A stretch of 64,000 nucleotides of DNA from the NCBI GenBank assembly GCA_020137815.1, contig CM035361.1, forward strand, positions 62,001 through 126,000, in the 5' to 3' direction. Shown one piece after another: positions 59,500 to 64,000 of this stretch (position 1 is the stretch's first letter; each line of letters begins with the position of its first letter). Source of the DNA: Hormiphora californensis. Lineage: Eukaryota > Animalia > Ctenophora. The notes under the pieces were generated by a model that was not told the origin of the DNA, did not search any database, and saw only the letters and a list, made by a program, of their open reading frames with translations. The position numbers and the translations under genes are program-made.

Positions 59500-60674
59500 T
59501 TATTGCTCGTCTCACCAGACGGATATTGGAGGGTGCGAGGGCAAAACAGATCACGGCAGTGCTCCTGTTTGTGGACTTTCGTCGTGCCTTTGACTCCCTT
59601 CATCGAGGTATCCTAATAAAGATTCTGACGGCTTATGGAGTCCCCGACCGCCTGGTAGACCTTATTGATGCCCTTTATCAGGATACTGTGGCAAGTGTAA
59701 TCACTGAAGATGGACCAACTGAGATATTCCAGATCTTAGCCGGTGTTCTTCAGGGGGATACTCTTGCTCCCTTGCTATTTATTATAGCCATCGATTATAT
59801 AATGAGGAAAACTCTTGAAGGAGTAGATCTTGGATTCACTATCCAACCACGGAGGAGCAGAAGGTACCCGGCTAAAAAGCTAACAGATGCTGATTATGCC
59901 GATGATCTCGCTCTGTTAGCTGATACCATCGATGGGGCCCAGGTATTCCTGGCCCGGCTGGAGGAGTTTGCTGCATCTGTTGGTCTCCACATAAATGGTA
60001 GTAAGATGAAGTACATGACTAACAGCATTGGTCCAGATCACAACGGTATCAGAACATCTGATGGACAGTTGCTGGATGAAGTGGATGACTTTGTATACCT
60101 GGGATCATGGATTGGAAACAGTGTGAAAGATTTCGAAGTTAGGAAGGCTAAGGCATGGAGTGCCCTAAATAAGATGAACAGAGTCTGGAAGTCTAAGATG
60201 TCTAGGAAGATGAAGGTGAGGTTATTCAGATCCACTGTCGAGACTATCTTTCTCTACGGATCTGAAACGTGGACTATAACCAAGAGCCTAGGCAAGAAGA
60301 TTGATGGGTGTTACTCGAGGATGTTGAGGGCAGCACTGAACATCAGGTGTGCGGACAGAGTGTCAAATGCCGTGGTTTTCCAAGATATTCCTCGTGTAAC
60401 TGAGAAGATTAGAAGCCAGAGACTGAGAATGGCAGGGCACCTTGCTAGACACGATGACCTAGTGGGACATGAACTACTTATGTGGAAACCAGCTCATGGC
60501 CAGGCGCGGCGTGGCCGCCCGTTACTAACCTTCCCAGATGTCCTATTACAAGGCCTGGACAGTAACGAATAACGATAACAGTAACGAAATGCTTGAACTT
60601 ATGTGCAACCGGGATAACTGGAGATCGTTCATTACTACTCGACCTCTCCGGCCGCCATAAGTCAAGTCAAGTCA
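59500..60674 (+). mobile_element. 5'-truncated RTE-clade LINE
   Basis: FVDFRRAFDS, GVLQGDTLAP, YADD, YLGS, LYGSETW, RRGRP; a small duplication near 60560-60590 breaks the ORF; (AAGTC)n tail. Confidence 0.93.
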
Positions 60675-60739
60675 CCTGTCCTGATCTTGCTTTGTTCTTA
60701 CACGGAGTATGAGCAGTAATCACCGCAAGCGTGACGAGA

Positions 60740-61240
60740 ATGACAAGTACCTGCCTCAATCCTCATGCCTGTACCGGGTGTTATTGACACCAAAAAGTTA
60801 TTGCGATATCTCTGTGAGCACACATCCAAAATTCTCAGCATCTTGATAGAGAAATGTTTGCCAAAACTAGCCTGTGTTGCCAAGAAGGAGGAGGTGGAGT
60901 ACAGTGACTTTTCCAACGTCAGTATTACGGAAACCGTAGTCAGTAGTGTCAACTGTCAAGAAACTGTGCTGCAGCATGAGTCGCACCATCGCGGTTGAAG
61001 GCCGCGCTCAATCTTGTGAGTTCACTGGAGAAGGAGTCGGCAGATGAGTCGGGGAAATAACAAAATCGGATGATCTTTGGTCTGAGTGAGCTGGAAGAGG
61101 ACTCTAGTTTGGAACTTGGAAGCTGCTGCAGCTTAGCTGCAGTTACCAATATTTTAGAGGAATTAGGATAGAAGCCACCCTTCACTTTATGCACCCAGGT
61201 TGGTGTGGCCATTGGCCAATATAAGTAAGATTTAAAGTGT
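60740..61240 (+). mobile_element. Degenerate LINE ORF1 (RRM-type) fragment
   Basis: ...NRMIFGLSELEED...VTNILEELG*KP...PI*VRF, with stops. Confidence 0.4.
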
Positions 61241-63913
61241 ATAAAAATTTCCCGTTGGCATACGCTGCAGGCCTCTCTGACGAGGGGGTTACAGGGGTTA
61301 GGTGTGTGCTTAGGGATCCAGTGACGGCGCTCGTGGGTGTCCGGGTGTCCGCGGACACCCAAACCAGAAATACGGAGAGAGAAAAGAAGAAAAAATGGAG
61401 AAAAAAAACAAAGAAAATTTGAAAAAAATCGATGAAACTGTTGGCATACGTTGCAGGCCCCTTATAATATAATATAAGGGGCCTGGAGGGAATACCGCGC
61501 TAGGGGGGAATACATAATCAATCATATCTCCGGTTCCAGATAAGGTACAGAAATCGTTTTGGTAGCGTTGGAAAGAGGAAGATAACAGCTTTCAAATGCA
61601 ACCGGTTTCAGGTCTCTATCTTATCAGGAACAGGAGATATGAACCAAACTCCGCAAAATCGAGTGCGGTAAAATCAAAATTTGAATGAAATTTTAAAAAA
61701 GGTGTCCCTGCAAGAATCTGTGACGTCACTTTTTGAAAACAACCCATCTTTCAACGGCTATTGCTCAGCCTTCTTAAGTCCAATTAACTTCTCTCAAAAA
61801 CAGCAAGGTAGATAATCGTCAGATCTAACAACTGGTGAAAGAATCAAGTCAAACGGACTTCAGGAGCCAAAGTTATAAGCACCGCCGTTTTTTCGACCGC
61901 AAAGTTATCTTCGACCCAGCCGGGATCAGGCCAAACGCGCGCGCGGCATTCCCTCCAGTCCCCTCGTTGCGGGGGTGCGCGCATGAGGGGGCTGCAGCGC
62001 ATTCCAAATGAAACTGCGAAATTTTGAATCTGCCGGACACCCGGCCCAGCTCATATCAGGTCCACTGCGCGCACCTGTAACGCACGGCAGAGCATAAAGA
62101 GGGTTCTTCCGCGCGCCACAGTGTATTTTTACGTGACCAGGGTGTCCGGTTCACCCAGAAAATTGTGTGTGCGCGCGGATGATTTTTTTCTCATGATCAG
62201 GAAATTTTCGGCCAGCGTTAAAATCTGGGTGTTTTGGGAGTGCTGACAAACTGTTTTTTAGGGTTAGGGCTAAAGTAGGGTTAGGGTTAGGGTTGGGGTT
62301 TGGGTTGGGGTTAGGCCTTGACATTCCCTACTTTGAATCAGCCAAAACGGTTGAGTGGTTTGCAGGGACGGCGCTCGTGGGTGTCCGGGTGTCCGCGGAC
62401 ACCCAGACCAAAAAGACGGAGAGAGAAAAGAAGAAAAAATGGAAAAAAACAAAAATAATTTGAAAAAAATCGGTGAAAACTGCGAAATTTTGGATTTGCG
62501 CGCAGCCGGGTGTCCGGAGCTCTGCCGGACACCCAGGTTCACTGCGCGCACCTGTAACGCACGGCAGAGCATAAAGAGGGTTCTTCCGCGCGCCACAGTG
62601 CATTTTGACATGACCAGGGTGTCCGGTTCACCCAGAAAGTTGTGTGCGCGCGGATGAGTTTTTTTTGTTGTGATCAGAAAACTTTCATCTTTTTTTCCAT
62701 TTTTCACAAAAGGAGTTCAGAAATGCTTAAAATCGTTTAAAAACGCCTCAAAATGTCCGAAATTTTCACCGGGGCTTGCAGCCCCTGGACCCTGCCTGCG
62801 GGGGCTCTGCCCCCTACACCCCCGCCGGGGCTGCGCCCCTGGACCCTGCTTGTGGGGGGTTTCACCCCCCACACCCCCTGACCGAGGCTACCGCCCCTGG
62901 CCCCGGACACCCAGGAACTTGCTGGGCCCAAGGCCCAGCGCCGTCCCTGGTGGTTTGGCGGTTAGAGCCATTTTAGTGAATCAACTTTTTTGGCAGCGCG
63001 CACCTGTAAACAGGCCTCCAAACACCCAGATCGTAACGGCGCCCGAAATTTTCCTGTTGGTGCGTGCTCCATTATTTTACACTATAAAGTGGTATATATA
63101 AATGATTATATTACATTTACAAATTGGTATGGTTGCCGTTAGGTTGCTTAGGAGTTAGGTGTGGAGGTTGGTGTTGTGCGGTTTTGTTTCGGTTCATTGG
63201 GGTTGGTCTGGCAGCATGATTCATCATTCATGTTCTCAACTTATTGAGGGGTGCAAGTATCTTGGTTGTATCGGTTTTCCATGTCTTTTATGCGGTTGTG
63301 GTACTTCAGGACTCCTTTTCCGAGTGCCTGCAGTGCCAGGGATGATATAATGATCCTGGGTAAGGTGATGACGGAGATGTTTGGCCGAAGCAAGTAGCAA
63401 CACGTGCATTGCATTACATAATCAGGATCAGTATATAATGGGCTCTCTCCGCGTGGGTTGGAAGTTTGACTTCACTTCTAGCATGCTGAGATCACTTTCT
63501 TTCTTGCTTTTCTTACGCGCACACACACACACAGGTTTACTGAAATCACATAAAAACCCTCTCTACCACCCGGTTCTTCAGGACAAACGTGTAAGCCAAA
63601 TTATTTACCGAGAGTCTCCGAGACCGAGTCTGATGCATACTGGTGACCTCTTGCACGTGCTAGATCTTTCTCCCCTCGGCACAAACAGAAAAGGAAAGGT
63701 CGGACCGTATACAAGAATACAAGATATGGAGTAAGAATATTAGGATTCACTTTAGCGAGTATGTTATGCATATGGACCCAACCAAATGGCATTTGATTTG
63801 AAAAATCCGCCCATGATCAACCAGAATATGGCTGTCATGAGACTTATCAAAGAGGTTAAAGTGGATGTGAGGCCGCTTGCTTCAGTATAGTTGATTGATT
63901 CAACGATGACAGG

Positions 63914-64000
63914 CTGTCAGAGCATTGGCCTGACCCATTCTCTTTTCTCTCAAATTTTTTTTTCTGCACGCGGAGCGTGCGAGAACTGTGGTCAGAGCAT
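63914..64000. mobile_element. Second copy of the CTGTCAG-TIR MITE, runs off the window edge
   Basis: Reverse-orientation match to 11505-11586. Confidence 0.7.

Noticed and set aside
59319-59500. N-terminal repeats of the 417-aa ORF as part of the RT protein
   Set aside because: Chance in-frame fusion of a flanking hairpin repeat to a 5'-truncated LINE
63140-63910. Possible 3' exons of a membrane-protein gene on the - strand
   Set aside because: Hydrophobic stretches are present, but I could not build a phase-consistent exon chain or recognise a family

Overview
Intron-rich animal genomic DNA, densely filled with transposons. Some MITE families resemble those I recall from the ctenophore Pleurobrachia; this is unverified. 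By hand-splicing GT-AG exons in consistent phase I reconstructed three complete genes that the ORF track mostly misses. (1) A 7-exon TGF-beta/BMP-family ligand precursor (- strand, 12079-35905, 368 aa). (2) A 19-exon secreted astacin metalloprotease with a ricin-B/QxW domain and three C-terminal Cys-rich repeats (+ strand, 45348-52444, 655 aa), head-to-head with the BMP gene. (3) A 6-exon cysteine dioxygenase (- strand, 55126-59090, 180 aa). Between the first two lies a ~9 kb near-perfect palindrome (35200-44200, centre ~39702) that duplicates BMP exons 1-2 and may be an assembly fold-back. The rest is RTE LINEs, two Penelope-like elements with hammerhead-ribozyme motifs, CR1/L2-type LINE debris including an AlkB plus SGNH-like ORF1, a tRNA-derived SINE, many nested MITEs, and micro/minisatellites. 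The most unusual pattern is that three intronic tandem arrays are each built from a splice signal (donor, acceptor, branch point), and two of them preserve the reading frame of the host gene.
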